In this document: positions 27,183-36,298 of the stretch, in pieces
Numbering within the stretch: position 1 is the stretch's first letter
Layout: every line of letters begins with the position of its first letter
From: a virus
Taxonomy: Duplodnaviria > Caudoviricetes
Strand: one strand, 5' to 3'
Virus record (IMG/VR): IMGVR_UViG_3300032243_001205
Span: 1 to 43,243 of that record
Length of the DNA: 43,243 nt
The notes under the pieces: model-generated
What the model was told of the DNA's origin: nothing
The model's database searches: none
The model's input: only the letters and a program-made list of their open reading frames with translations
Position numbers and translations under genes: made by a program

Positions 27183-27733
27183 CTCACACTTGCAATGTTT
27201 GTCAGTGTAGGTTCACTGATGATGAAGGCGGCATAGATGGATACTTTGGTATCCTTCCTGTGCATTTTTGTCCTACCTGTTTCAGTTCCATGTGTGATAT
27301 GGCCAGTCAATTTATCACATCCGAAGATGAAGATGAAGAATTGAATCCTGAGCATGAGCGATTGATAGAACATCTTCGGGGCCTTACTAGTGTTGTCATC
27401 AATAATCAACATGGTGGGTTTGGGTTGAGTTATCAAGCCCAGCTTGCTTATCTTGAAGGTGCCGGTATTGCTTATACCTTGGAAGATAGAGAAAGTAGAG
27501 ATGCCACACAACGTCTAGGGCCATGGATCAAGGTCAATGGCAATCCGTGGACTGAACGCAACATTGCCAGAGACAATCCGGTTTTAGTTGGTGTAGTCAA
27601 AGATCTAGGACCCGCAGCCAATGGTCCTCACGCTGATCTTAAGATAGTGCGTGTACCCGGCGATGTGACCTGGCAAATAGAAGAATACGACGGTCTAGAG
27701 TGGGTCGCTGAACGACACAGGACCTGGGATTAA
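27167..27733 (+). CDS. Hypothetical protein with N-terminal CxxC..CxxC and C-terminal IEEYDGLEWV domain
   Basis: CNVC, CPTC; VVINNQHGGFGLS; TTG start. Confidence 0.75.
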   Translation: MEEQITHTCNVCQCRFTDDEGGIDGYFGILPVHFCPTCFSSMCDMASQFITSEDEDEELNPEHERLIEHLRGLTSVVINNQHGGFGLSYQAQLAYLEGAGIAYTLEDRESRDATQRLGPWIKVNGNPWTERNIARDNPVLVGVVKDLGPAANGPHADLKIVRVPGDVTWQIEEYDGLEWVAERHRTWD

Positions 27734-27749
27734 CAATAAATATTAGGAT

Positions 27750-29510
27750 ATGATGTTTGGATACTTGACCTTATTTACAGCCTTGATAATCAGCCTGAGT
27801 GCGGCGGTATATTCGATCTTGGGTTTGACAGCTATCTTTGCCGCGGCCTTTTGGCCCATCGTAGTGCTTGGTGGCAGTCTTGAGGTTGGCAAAATTGTCA
27901 CCACTCTTTGGTTGCACAAGTATTGGAATCGGGCCGAGCTACAGTATAAACTGTATCTATGTTCGGCTGTGGCTATTCTCATGGTCCTGACCAGCATGGG
28001 TGTGTTTGGTTTCTTATCCAAAGCACACCTGGACCAAGCGGTACCGTCAGGTGATATACAGGCCCAAGTCCAGATATTTGATGATAAAATACAAATACAG
28101 AAAGACAACATTAAAACAGCTCGTGCGGCCCTGGCACAAATGGACACCGCAGTTGATCAAGTCATGGGCCGTAGTTCGGACGAAAAAGGTGCCGACAAGG
28201 CCGTGGCAATACGTCGCAGTCAAGCTCGTGAGCGTGGCAATTTACAAAACGATATTTCAAAAGCACAAACAGAAATTGCTCGACTACAAGAACAACGAGC
28301 TCCTGTTGCCAGTCAGGCCCGACAGGTAGAAGCCGAAGTTGGGCCAATCAAATACATTGCCGCATTGATCTATGGCGATAATCCTGATGCCAATATCTTA
28401 GAAAAAGCAGTACGCTGGGTCATTATTCTGATTGTTGCTGTGTTTGACCCATTGGCTATTACACTATTGTTGGCCGCTACCAAGACTTTTGAATGGGAAC
28501 GTGGAGTCGACCTATTCAATGCTAAAAATAAAGACAAAAAACCCGAAGAAGAATCTGCAGAGTCGTGGTTTGATCGTATACGTTTTTGGAATCGACAAAA
28601 GAAACCCAAAACCGACGAAGTCATAGATGAAAGTCAATTTTGGATTAGGAATGTAGAAGATGTAGAACCTATAGTGGACCAGCCGACGCACATATCACCC
28701 GAAGATTACTATCGTGCTATGGGCTTGTTTGATATCCCAGAACAAACAGTTAAAAATACTACTGCAGAACCCGAGATAGAAGTTTCTTCCAAAACCGAAC
28801 CAGACGTTGAAGAACCACAAGAAATCAGCGTTCGCAAGGATCCAACCACACCCGGCTGGATGTTCGGCCTAGGTACTCCGCATCCATCGACACAATCAAA
28901 ATCAGAATCTGAAGAGTCGGATGTGGCCGACACTGTCAACGATGACGACAATGATGATTCTAAAGTGTCAATCGCTGAAAAACAAGCACGTCGAGTTTGG
29001 AAAGAAGAAAATCCCAAGGATACTATCAAACGATACAAACGACTACATGCCTCTGGCGTGATCGATACATTTCCCTGGAATGATCCAGAGTTCCGTCAGC
29101 GCACCAATACCGAAGAAGGCAATCTCTGGGTAGAAGATTCCAATGGAGAATGGGTCAATGCTGGACCCATGTCTCAATTCAATTTTACAGATTTGGGCCT
29201 AGAAGCTGACAACGTGCCAGGTAGTACCCAGGGTGAAATGCGTGGATTTGGCACCAGCTTTCCTGAGGCCGCCGTCAAAGGCGACATGTTCTTGAGAGTG
29301 GACCAATTGCCCAGCGTGTTGTATAAATTCAACGGCATCAGATGGATTGAAGTAGACAAAGGCCTTAGCGACCAACATGCCTATGATGATGCCTACATAG
29401 ATCATCTTATTGAAAAAATCAGCACCGGCGAATATGATCCCGACTTATTGAGCGATGCCGAGCGTGACAGTATCGAACGTCGTTTGAACAACGATCCAAG
29501 AAAAGCCTAG
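27750..29510 (+). CDS. Multi-pass membrane protein with long coiled coil and acidic C-terminal region
   Basis: Three N-terminal TMs, coiled coil, further TM (WVIILIVAVFDPLAI); TAAATA at 27737-27742. Confidence 0.8.
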   Translation: MMFGYLTLFTALIISLSAAVYSILGLTAIFAAAFWPIVVLGGSLEVGKIVTTLWLHKYWNRAELQYKLYLCSAVAILMVLTSMGVFGFLSKAHLDQAVPSGDIQAQVQIFDDKIQIQKDNIKTARAALAQMDTAVDQVMGRSSDEKGADKAVAIRRSQARERGNLQNDISKAQTEIARLQEQRAPVASQARQVEAEVGPIKYIAALIYGDNPDANILEKAVRWVIILIVAVFDPLAITLLLAATKTFEWERGVDLFNAKNKDKKPEEESAESWFDRIRFWNRQKKPKTDEVIDESQFWIRNVEDVEPIVDQPTHISPEDYYRAMGLFDIPEQTVKNTTAEPEIEVSSKTEPDVEEPQEISVRKDPTTPGWMFGLGTPHPSTQSKSESEESDVADTVNDDDNDDSKVSIAEKQARRVWKEENPKDTIKRYKRLHASGVIDTFPWNDPEFRQRTNTEEGNLWVEDSNGEWVNAGPMSQFNFTDLGLEADNVPGSTQGEMRGFGTSFPEAAVKGDMFLRVDQLPSVLYKFNGIRWIEVDKGLSDQHAYDDAYIDHLIEKISTGEYDPDLLSDAERDSIERRLNNDPRKA

Positions 29511-29511
29511 C

Positions 29512-30711
29512 ATGACCACTGCCATTGACCATTGCAGTTTTTGTGACAAGCACAAAGATCGTGTGGGTAAACTGATTGTGAGTCACAAGGTGGCCATCTG
29601 CAATGAATGTGTGGATCTTTGTGGCGGTCTACTAAAAGATACCCGAACACCTGCCAAATCAAAATCTAATCCTGTGGCTGTTCCTGATCCTCGTGACATA
29701 AGAGATTATCTTGACCAACACGTGATCGGTCAAGACACAGCCAAGATTGTGCTTAGTGTGGCCATTGCCAATCACTACAAACGCATCAGTCGCAATGACA
29801 ATACCATAGACAAGGCCAACATACTAATGATCGGACCCACCGGCACAGGTAAAACTCTCCTGGCCAAAACCGTGGCACGATACCTGGATGTTCCAATTGT
29901 GATAGCTGATGCGACCTGTTTAACCGAAGCTGGTTATGTGGGCGACGATGTAGAAAGCATGATTGCCAGATTGTACACTGCCGCTGATGGTGATGTAGAG
30001 CGTTGCCAACGTGGTATTGTGTTCCTAGACGAAATAGACAAAATCGCCCGTAAAAGCGAAAGTGCCACAGTCACCAGAGATGTATCAGGCGAAGGAGTAC
30101 AACAGGCCTTACTCAAATTGATCGAAGGTACTCGTTGTCGTATCCCAACGCAGGGCGCCAAAAAAACCTCTGGTGCCGAAACTGTGGAAATTGACACTAC
30201 AAACATATTGTTTATTGCCGGCGGTGCATTTGTGGGCATGGATCGCATTTTACAAAATCGTGTACAAGGTACTGCCATGGGATTCGGAGCACATATCGCA
30301 TCAGGCGACGGCACCACGGCCGAGCCAGTGACTCCGGATGACCTGGTACGCTATGGGATGATTCCTGAATTTGTGGGTCGCTTCAGCAGTTATGTAAATT
30401 TACATGCCTTGACCAAGAGTCAGTTGATCAGCATATTGACCGAGGTAACAGGCAATTTTGTGGGTCAGTATAAATGGTTATTTGACCAAGACAGCGTGGA
30501 ATTACAATTTGATCCCGAAAGCCTGGATCTCATAGCCGAGCGCACACTAAAAACCCATACAGGAGCTCGTGGACTACACAGCGAGCTTGAGCGGGTGTTA
30601 TTACCACACATGTTTGATCTGCCTAGATATCGCAAGCAACAGATACTACAGGTCACAATCAATAAAACCCAGGTAAATACTCCTAAGACCTTGATAGAAG
30701 AGAACGCATGA
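29512..30711 (+). CDS. clpX: ATP-dependent Clp protease ATP-binding subunit ClpX
   Basis: CSFC...CNEC zinc finger, [35 protein letters not shown] loop, TGARGL. Confidence 0.95.
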   Translation: MTTAIDHCSFCDKHKDRVGKLIVSHKVAICNECVDLCGGLLKDTRTPAKSKSNPVAVPDPRDIRDYLDQHVIGQDTAKIVLSVAIANHYKRISRNDNTIDKANILMIGPTGTGKTLLAKTVARYLDVPIVIADATCLTEAGYVGDDVESMIARLYTAADGDVERCQRGIVFLDEIDKIARKSESATVTRDVSGEGVQQALLKLIEGTRCRIPTQGAKKTSGAETVEIDTTNILFIAGGAFVGMDRILQNRVQGTAMGFGAHIASGDGTTAEPVTPDDLVRYGMIPEFVGRFSSYVNLHALTKSQLISILTEVTGNFVGQYKWLFDQDSVELQFDPESLDLIAERTLKTHTGARGLHSELERVLLPHMFDLPRYRKQQILQVTINKTQVNTPKTLIEENA

Positions 30712-30929
30712 GAGAGTACAAAAATTCAGTCAAAGTGCCCGACGGTAATGTAGAAAAAGCCCTTAGAAAATTCAAGAAAAAAATTCAAGAGTCTGGCCTG
30801 TTGGACGAACTACGGTCCAGAGAAACCTACGAAAAGCCCACCACTGAGCGCAAGCGTAAAAAAGGTGCTGCTCGAGCACGTTGGCGCAAACAACTACGCA
30901 GTCAGCAACTGCCCAAGAAATTGTTCTAA
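30708..30929 (+). CDS. rpsU: 30S ribosomal protein bS21
   Basis: [11 protein letters not shown]...[23 protein letters not shown]; TAAATA at 30674-30679. Confidence 0.93.
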   Translation: MREYKNSVKVPDGNVEKALRKFKKKIQESGLLDELRSRETYEKPTTERKRKKGAARARWRKQLRSQQLPKKLF

Positions 30930-30933
30930 TTTC

Positions 30934-30964
30934 TTGACAACTTCCTAAAAATCTGTTATAAATA
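30934..30964 (+). promoter_or_regulatory. Composite promoter: TTGACA-17-(TGn)TATAAA overlapping perfect late TATAAATA
   Basis: -35 30934-30939; TATAAATA 30957-30964; followed by hairpin 30969-30993. Confidence 0.75.
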
Positions 30965-31027
30965 ATATTGTAGATGCCCGGGTGGGGTCTACACAGTCAT
31001 ATTTTGCTTAATAAAGGAGAAAATAAA

Positions 31028-31474
31028 ATGACAAACTTTGAAATTCGCACGGTCGATTTACCTGCATTCGTAAACCAAATCCACAAGCACAGTATCGGTT
31101 TTGATCACATGTTTGATCAGCTGAACCGTACCTTGGGAACCAGCCGTGATAACTATCCCCCACATAATCTGGTCAAACTTGATGACACACACTATGCCAT
31201 TGAGATTGCTGTGGCTGGATTTGCAGAAAGTGAGATTAATGTAGAACTCAAGAAAAATCTGCTGACAGTCACTGGGGAACAACTAGCAGTCAATGAAGTT
31301 GAGTATTTGCATAAAGGTATCAGCAATAGAGATTTTACTCGTACTTTTCCTCTAGCCGAGCACATTGAAGTAGTCGGTGCTCGAGTAAAAAATGGTATTC
31401 TTACCATTAACCTGGAGCAGATTGTTCCTGAGGAAATGAAGCCTAAAACTATTGCAATCACCTACGAATTGTAA
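31028..31474 (+). CDS. Small heat shock protein Hsp20/IbpA family
   Basis: IGFDHMF, NYPPHN, IEIAVAGF, YLHKGIS.R.F.R.F.L, NGILTI, KTIAI; AAGGAG RBS, ATG 31028. Confidence 0.95.
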   Translation: MTNFEIRTVDLPAFVNQIHKHSIGFDHMFDQLNRTLGTSRDNYPPHNLVKLDDTHYAIEIAVAGFAESEINVELKKNLLTVTGEQLAVNEVEYLHKGISNRDFTRTFPLAEHIEVVGARVKNGILTINLEQIVPEEMKPKTIAITYEL

Positions 31475-31533
31475 TATAATATGTAAATACAGTAGGGGGC
31501 AAGGTGCTCCCTACTAGACTAAAGGGACTCAAA

Positions 31534-31842
31534 ATGTCGCACGAAGGCACAATTACAAAAATACAAATCAATCAAGGTCTCACTGAGCCACCCATGTTCA
31601 AGATCATTTATCTCAATGATAATGCTACTCCCATGGAGTTCGTGATCGAAACCCTGGTGGATTCGTTTAACTACAACGAGCAGACTGCTGTTGAAATTAC
31701 TCATGACATTCACGAAGCTGGGTCAGCTGTGGTTGCTGTGTTGCCTTATGAAATAGCCGAACAAAAAGGCATAGAAGTTACCGTACAAGCTCGCAACAAC
31801 AACTATCCCCTGCAGATCAAGCTCGAGCCCGAAACAGTTTAA
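31534..31842 (+). CDS. clpS: N-end rule adaptor ClpS
   Basis: PPMFKIIYLNDNATPMEFV, IHEAGSAVV, YEIAEQK, YPL; TAAATA 31484-31489 and hairpin 31491-31515 upstream. Confidence 0.93.
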   Translation: MSHEGTITKIQINQGLTEPPMFKIIYLNDNATPMEFVIETLVDSFNYNEQTAVEITHDIHEAGSAVVAVLPYEIAEQKGIEVTVQARNNNYPLQIKLEPETV

Positions 31843-32630
31843 AAATCAATTTCAATACGGCGAGGGTAGTAGGCAGGTTGGCACCATGGAGTATTGCCAC
31901 GTCCTCTAGGGTTACTAACGTATTGTATTCCGCCTAGATTTTGATCCACGGGTCTATGGTAATGCCCAAAGCACCACATTTTGATCTTGTTTTCGGTATC
32001 TTCATCAATGGCCCTGGTAATATGGCTGTTGCCCATGCCGTTGAATCGCCAGGTATCCACTAGATCTGGATCATGTGCAATTATCCAAGGCGCCGGTACA
32101 GTATGACTAAGCATGACTATGGCGCCTACTTCCTTGTGGGTCTGTAGTTTACGCACACTGTTGATCATGTAGGCCGCATCATTGTAGGCCACATCCAGGA
32201 TTCCTTGGGCAGCTGAACTGCTGATACCAAAATGATGTTGTATATAACTCATGCTTTGGTCCACGTCAGCTAAAGAATCAAAATCATAGGTCCACCAAGC
32301 ATTGGTTCCCAATATGGCCACACCGTTGACTATGACCACATTATCCTGCATATAGACCACATTGGATATCTGTGAAATTTCTTGTTCTAATTCACAGTAA
32401 CTGTCGGTCAAATCTTCAAGATAATTCTTGTGTTCTTCATTGCCGTCTACATAAAACACGCCCCCAGGGTAGCACTGCCCCAGATGTGAAAGCACATCTA
32501 TTAACAAACTGCGGTCACGGGCCACATCTCCCAAGACCACACAATACGGGGCTGTGGCCTGCGCGGTCCAATCAAAGGTGTCCCAGGTTTCTACGTGCAG
32601 GTCAGAAATTAAATCAAATGCAAAAGTCAT
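31839..32630 (-). CDS. Calcineurin-like metallophosphoesterase
   Basis: ISDLH, LGD, GNEEH, SHTVP, FGHYH, SNPRG; TAAATA on minus strand at 32637-32642. Confidence 0.88.
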   Translation of the reverse strand: MTFAFDLISDLHVETWDTFDWTAQATAPYCVVLGDVARDRSLLIDVLSHLGQCYPGGVFYVDGNEEHKNYLEDLTDSYCELEQEISQISNVVYMQDNVVIVNGVAILGTNAWWTYDFDSLADVDQSMSYIQHHFGISSSAAQGILDVAYNDAAYMINSVRKLQTHKEVGAIVMLSHTVPAPWIIAHDPDLVDTWRFNGMGNSHITRAIDEDTENKIKMWCFGHYHRPVDQNLGGIQYVSNPRGRGNTPWCQPAYYPRRIEIDF

Positions 32631-32656
32631 GATAACTATTTACAAGGAATTCAACC

Positions 32657-33007
32657 ATGAACATAATATTTAAAACCAATATCGAAGCTGTGGATCAAAA
32701 GTACACAGTGCTGGATTTAGACACATTTAGCCTGCCTGATGGGTCACAGCACACAGCCTGTTGTGTGATCGAACATATACCCATTGACGAATTACCGGCC
32801 ACAGAAAGCCTTAAAGAACTACATGCCAATCTGATCGCCAACTACGGACAACGCAACTGGAACTACTGCGAACAGGCCATAGAACAACTACAGGGTCGAT
32901 GGGGTGGAGACATGGATTCATTTTATACAGAATTAAAGATGCGTATTGACCGGTTGAAAACCATGAATCTCAATGATGCCTGGAGCCCTGTGATACCAAA
33001 AACCTAA
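32657..33007 (+). CDS. Stand-alone homologue of the C-terminal (TPR-like) region of the CHASE2 cyclase
   Basis: By-eye alignment: VLDLDTF/VFELDCI, LHANLIANYGQRNW/EHRDFLKLYYGGDW, MDSFYTELKMRI/MEKYYDAMADRL, DAWSPVI/DSWSGIF. Confidence 0.6.
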   Translation: MNIIFKTNIEAVDQKYTVLDLDTFSLPDGSQHTACCVIEHIPIDELPATESLKELHANLIANYGQRNWNYCEQAIEQLQGRWGGDMDSFYTELKMRIDRLKTMNLNDAWSPVIPKT

Positions 33008-33046
33008 ATTAGATAAATACCCACATAACAATAACAAGGAGCAAAT

Positions 33047-33328
33047 GTGGGAGAGATTTTCAAAATTATCGGTGATCTTGGATTCCCTGTGGCAGCAGCA
33101 CTTGCAGGTGGATACTTCGTATTCTTAACTATTAAATTATTACTAGCTGGTGTATTGAGTGCTATCAAAAGCATGGCTGGAATCATTACTGCCCTAGATA
33201 ATCGCGTTAAAACAATGAATCATGACGTTATCCGCATTGATACTGTTGTGAGTAACGCTTTGGGATTACGTCCAGATGTAGAGCGTATCAGTCGTGCCGA
33301 CGGGAAAAATGACGCAAGGCGCGATTGA
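33047..33328 (+). CDS. Single-TM coiled-coil membrane protein (GFP motif), paralogue A
   Basis: GTG start, AAGGAG RBS, TAAATA 33014-33019; LGFPVAAALAGGYFVF. Confidence 0.8.
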   Translation: MGEIFKIIGDLGFPVAAALAGGYFVFLTIKLLLAGVLSAIKSMAGIITALDNRVKTMNHDVIRIDTVVSNALGLRPDVERISRADGKNDARRD

Positions 33329-33516
33329 TGAAATACTACGACTACGAGTGGGACCTAGAACCCAACAGAATCCTATTAGATGAAGAACTTGATGTAGATG
33401 CATTGGGTTGGCAGGGCGGCGACTATTTCAAAGTTACCAACATCAATGGTCGTACCATGTTGGTCAAAGTTGATGCCTTAGAAAAGTTTTTGAGAGATGG
33501 AGTGGGCAATGAATAA
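33328..33516 (+). CDS. Hypothetical protein, AbrB/SpoVT-like LGWxxGD pattern
   Basis: TGATG-coupled; ALGWQGGDYF. Confidence 0.65.
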   Translation: MKYYDYEWDLEPNRILLDEELDVDALGWQGGDYFKVTNINGRTMLVKVDALEKFLRDGVGNE

Positions 33517-33649
33517 ATGGAAACCGGGCGATCTGCCCACTAACATAGAAGATTACGGTTATGATCATGCAATTTGGACTGATATAGATTTAGCCAAATT
33601 TGCCTTGATAGCATTTGCAGCAGGCCTTATTGTAGGATGGATCGTGTAA
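33509..33649 (+). CDS. Small C-terminally anchored membrane peptide (46 aa, not in ORF track)
   Basis: MNKWKPGD...FALIAFAAGLIVGWIV; GGAG RBS; TAATG-coupled to next gene. Confidence 0.6.
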   Translation: MNKWKPGDLPTNIEDYGYDHAIWTDIDLAKFALIAFAAGLIVGWIV

Positions 33650-33963
33650 TGGGTGGAATAGCGGACGCAATATCAAAATATGGGTTTCCAATTGTCATGG
33701 CAGTTGGAATGGGTTTTATAATTCATTATGTATGGACCTGGGCAACAAAAGAAGTCAAACCGGTGATCAACGATGCCAACGCAGTTCTAATAGCACTTAT
33801 TGATCGTATCAGGATGTTGGACAACGATCTTATCAGACTTAATCAAAAAGTAAACACTGTACTGCATCTACGTGGCAAAACAATCGAACACGAGCGTGTC
33901 GAAGCTGAAAAAGCCATCAACAAAACTGCTGATGATCAAGAAGCCGCAGGCGGAAACGGCTAA
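33649..33963 (+). CDS. Single-TM coiled-coil membrane protein (GFP motif), paralogue B
   Basis: YGFPIVMAVGMGFII; LIDRIRMLDNDLIRL similar to LDNRVKTMNHDVIRI of paralogue A. Confidence 0.8.
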   Translation: MGGIADAISKYGFPIVMAVGMGFIIHYVWTWATKEVKPVINDANAVLIALIDRIRMLDNDLIRLNQKVNTVLHLRGKTIEHERVEAEKAINKTADDQEAAGGNG

Positions 33964-34000
33964 GATTAAACCGACCACTTAACGATACCCTAAATCCTAT

Positions 34001-34006
34001 TAAATA
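34001..34006 (+). promoter_or_regulatory. Late promoter core TAAATA heading the curli cassette
   Basis: ATTAAATA then AGGAG RBS and ATG 34024. Confidence 0.6.
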
Positions 34007-34023
34007 ATAATAGGAGCTAGAGT

Positions 34024-34506
34024 ATGCAAAAAATCTATAAAAAGTACTCAGTTATGGTAACCCTATGGTTACCTATTGCTGTTTATGCTACACCAATAAA
34101 TGATTACTCATTCAAGAGTCCCAGCTTCAACGGCTCTGGTTATAGCAGTCATGTGTTGACCATAGAAAATCAAGAAAATACTCGTCGTGCTCAAGTGGCC
34201 AAAGACATACAGGCCGCCTTGGACAAAGCGGCGGCCGCTGCCAATAATACCAACATTGCCAAGTTTATGAACAACTTGGAAAGCCGTATCTATGCCCAGA
34301 TCAGTCAGAACTTGGCCACGGCCATGTTTGCCAACAACAACTGTTCGGGCAGTAATAGTGTAGGGTGTAGTGGAACATTGAACTTTGAAGGCAATACTAT
34401 ATTCTGGAACAAAGATAGTACCAACATCTATCTTCAAGTAACTGATACCACTGGTAATCAAACTACGGTTACAGTTCCCCTAGGATCATTCCAATTTGGA
34501 AACTAA
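34024..34506 (+). CDS. csgF: Curli assembly component CsgF-like protein
   Basis: Signal peptide; YSFKSPSFNG..SSHVLTIENQE resembles the CsgG-binding N-terminus; LESRIYAQIS; LQVTDTTGNQTTVTVP; adjacent to csgG. Confidence 0.8.
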   Translation: MQKIYKKYSVMVTLWLPIAVYATPINDYSFKSPSFNGSGYSSHVLTIENQENTRRAQVAKDIQAALDKAAAAANNTNIAKFMNNLESRIYAQISQNLATAMFANNNCSGSNSVGCSGTLNFEGNTIFWNKDSTNIYLQVTDTTGNQTTVTVPLGSFQFGN

Positions 34507-35481
34507 ATGAAACAACTATTAGTCATCCTCTCCTTGTTGATCTTAAGTGGGTGTGCTATGACTCAGAAGATGGGCTACGAGTACAAACCCGAGGTGGCTG
34601 CCAATAAGATGCAAAAAGAATTTGATACTTTACCTGCACCCAATGGTAAAAAGGTCACCGTAGCAGTGTATGGCTTTGCTGACAAGACAGGACAACGCAA
34701 ACCAACTCCGGGTATAGCCAGCCTATCCACGGCAGTCACACAGGGTGGTGAAGTGTTCTTGATCAAGGCCCTACAAGATGTTGGCCGTGGTACATGGTTT
34801 GATGTGGTCGAGCGTGTGAACATTGATGCCTTGACCAAAGAGCGCACCATCATCCGCCAGATGCGCGAAGCCTATGAAGGCAAAGACGCCAAACCCTTGA
34901 TGCCACTCATGTTTGCCGGCATCATCATGGATGGTGGCATTATTGGCTATGACTCGGGATCGGAGTCAGGCGGCGCCGCATACAGATTCCTGGGCATTGG
35001 CCCACAAACACAGTATTCAAAAGACACTGTGACCGTGAGTCTGCGAGCTGTGAGTGTAAACACTGGCAAGGTGCTTGCAGCCATAACTGTAACTAAAATT
35101 GTTTACAGCACCGCAGATTCGGTAGCAGTATTAAAGTATATCAATAACAAAAATATTGGTAGTCAACTATTTGGTAATGCTGATAATGTTGCTGGTGTAG
35201 CCGGATCGATGTTTGAAGCAGAGTCAGGTCTGACAGTTAATGAACCTGGCACACTAGCAGTCAAGGCAACAGTAGAAGCCGCGGTAGTTGAATTGATCAA
35301 GGAAGGAGAACGCAAGGGTGTATGGGATTTCAAACAACCTGAAGCCGTTGTCCAACCAGCCACTATAGTAGCACCAGTGGCAGTAGCACCAGCAGTAGAA
35401 GCGAAAAAAGAAGCACTACCGGAAACGGTTAAGAAGTCAATCCCAAAGGACCACAAAGAGTCTAAGGAAAACAAAAAATGA
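34507..35481 (+). CDS. csgG: Curli secretion channel lipoprotein CsgG
   Basis: Lipobox LSG-C; VAVYGFADKTGQRKP, STAVTQG, WFDVVER, LTKERTIIR, GGIIGYD, DTVTVSLRAV..TGKVL. Confidence 0.93.
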   Translation: MKQLLVILSLLILSGCAMTQKMGYEYKPEVAANKMQKEFDTLPAPNGKKVTVAVYGFADKTGQRKPTPGIASLSTAVTQGGEVFLIKALQDVGRGTWFDVVERVNIDALTKERTIIRQMREAYEGKDAKPLMPLMFAGIIMDGGIIGYDSGSESGGAAYRFLGIGPQTQYSKDTVTVSLRAVSVNTGKVLAAITVTKIVYSTADSVAVLKYINNKNIGSQLFGNADNVAGVAGSMFEAESGLTVNEPGTLAVKATVEAAVVELIKEGERKGVWDFKQPEAVVQPATIVAPVAVAPAVEAKKEALPETVKKSIPKDHKESKENKK

Positions 35482-36293
35482 AACAGAGTATAACAGGCGC
35501 TGGCAGTTTGTCGAGAAAATTAACTGCAATTCTATTATCAGTTGTGATGCTGGTAACGGGCGTGTCATTGGCCGCTGACAATAGTATCTATATTGATCAG
35601 ACCGGTGATAATGCTACCATTGCGATAACTCAAGATGGAACCACAAACGTAGTGCGTGGTATACAAGGCACGGGCACTGGCGACACCACCCCGGCTAAAA
35701 TCTATGGTGATGGCAACGAAGTCAGTGTAACACAAACTGGAGCCAATAATGTGCTGAATCTAGGCATAAATCGAGGCACAGGCTCGGGTACTGCTGGCAA
35801 TACCGTAACCTATGAGGTTTCTGGCAACAATGCCACGGCGACCTTAAACCTAAACAATGCCAACACCGGTACAGCTGCCAGTAACACAGTTGGCATTACA
35901 CAAAGTGGCAACTACGCAACATCAGATTTAAGCCTCGTTGGTGATAGTAACACTATAAGTGTAACCACAGCCGGCGGTGCCAACAATGCGTATACCTCAA
36001 CCGTGACTGGAGATAGCAACACACAAAGTATTAGTTTAACCGGTGGTGGTAGTAACAGTGCAACGGTTACGCAATCGGGTAATAGCAACTCTGCTGTTAT
36101 AACCGCTGTGGGTGCTAGTAATACATTCACTGTTTCACAAAGTGATGGCAGCCATACAACTTCGATCGGTGTTGCTGGCAGTAGTAATACCTTTGGTGTG
36201 ACTCAGCAAGGAACTGCCGGAGCTAATATTTTTAACTATACCAGCACCAGCGGAAGTGGAAATACTGTGACTATTAATCAGAATGCTCGGTAA
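35478..36293 (+). CDS. Curlin-repeat secreted protein (CsgA/CsgB-like)
   Basis: Signal peptide; repeated N-x5-Q-x-G-x1-2-N units (NSIYIDQTGDN, NEVSVTQTGANN, NSATVTQSGNSN, NTFGVTQQG); Gly/Asn/Thr/Ser-rich. Confidence 0.8.
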   Translation: MKQSITGAGSLSRKLTAILLSVVMLVTGVSLAADNSIYIDQTGDNATIAITQDGTTNVVRGIQGTGTGDTTPAKIYGDGNEVSVTQTGANNVLNLGINRGTGSGTAGNTVTYEVSGNNATATLNLNNANTGTAASNTVGITQSGNYATSDLSLVGDSNTISVTTAGGANNAYTSTVTGDSNTQSISLTGGGSNSATVTQSGNSNSAVITAVGASNTFTVSQSDGSHTTSIGVAGSSNTFGVTQQGTAGANIFNYTSTSGSGNTVTINQNAR

Positions 36294-36298
36294 GGATT

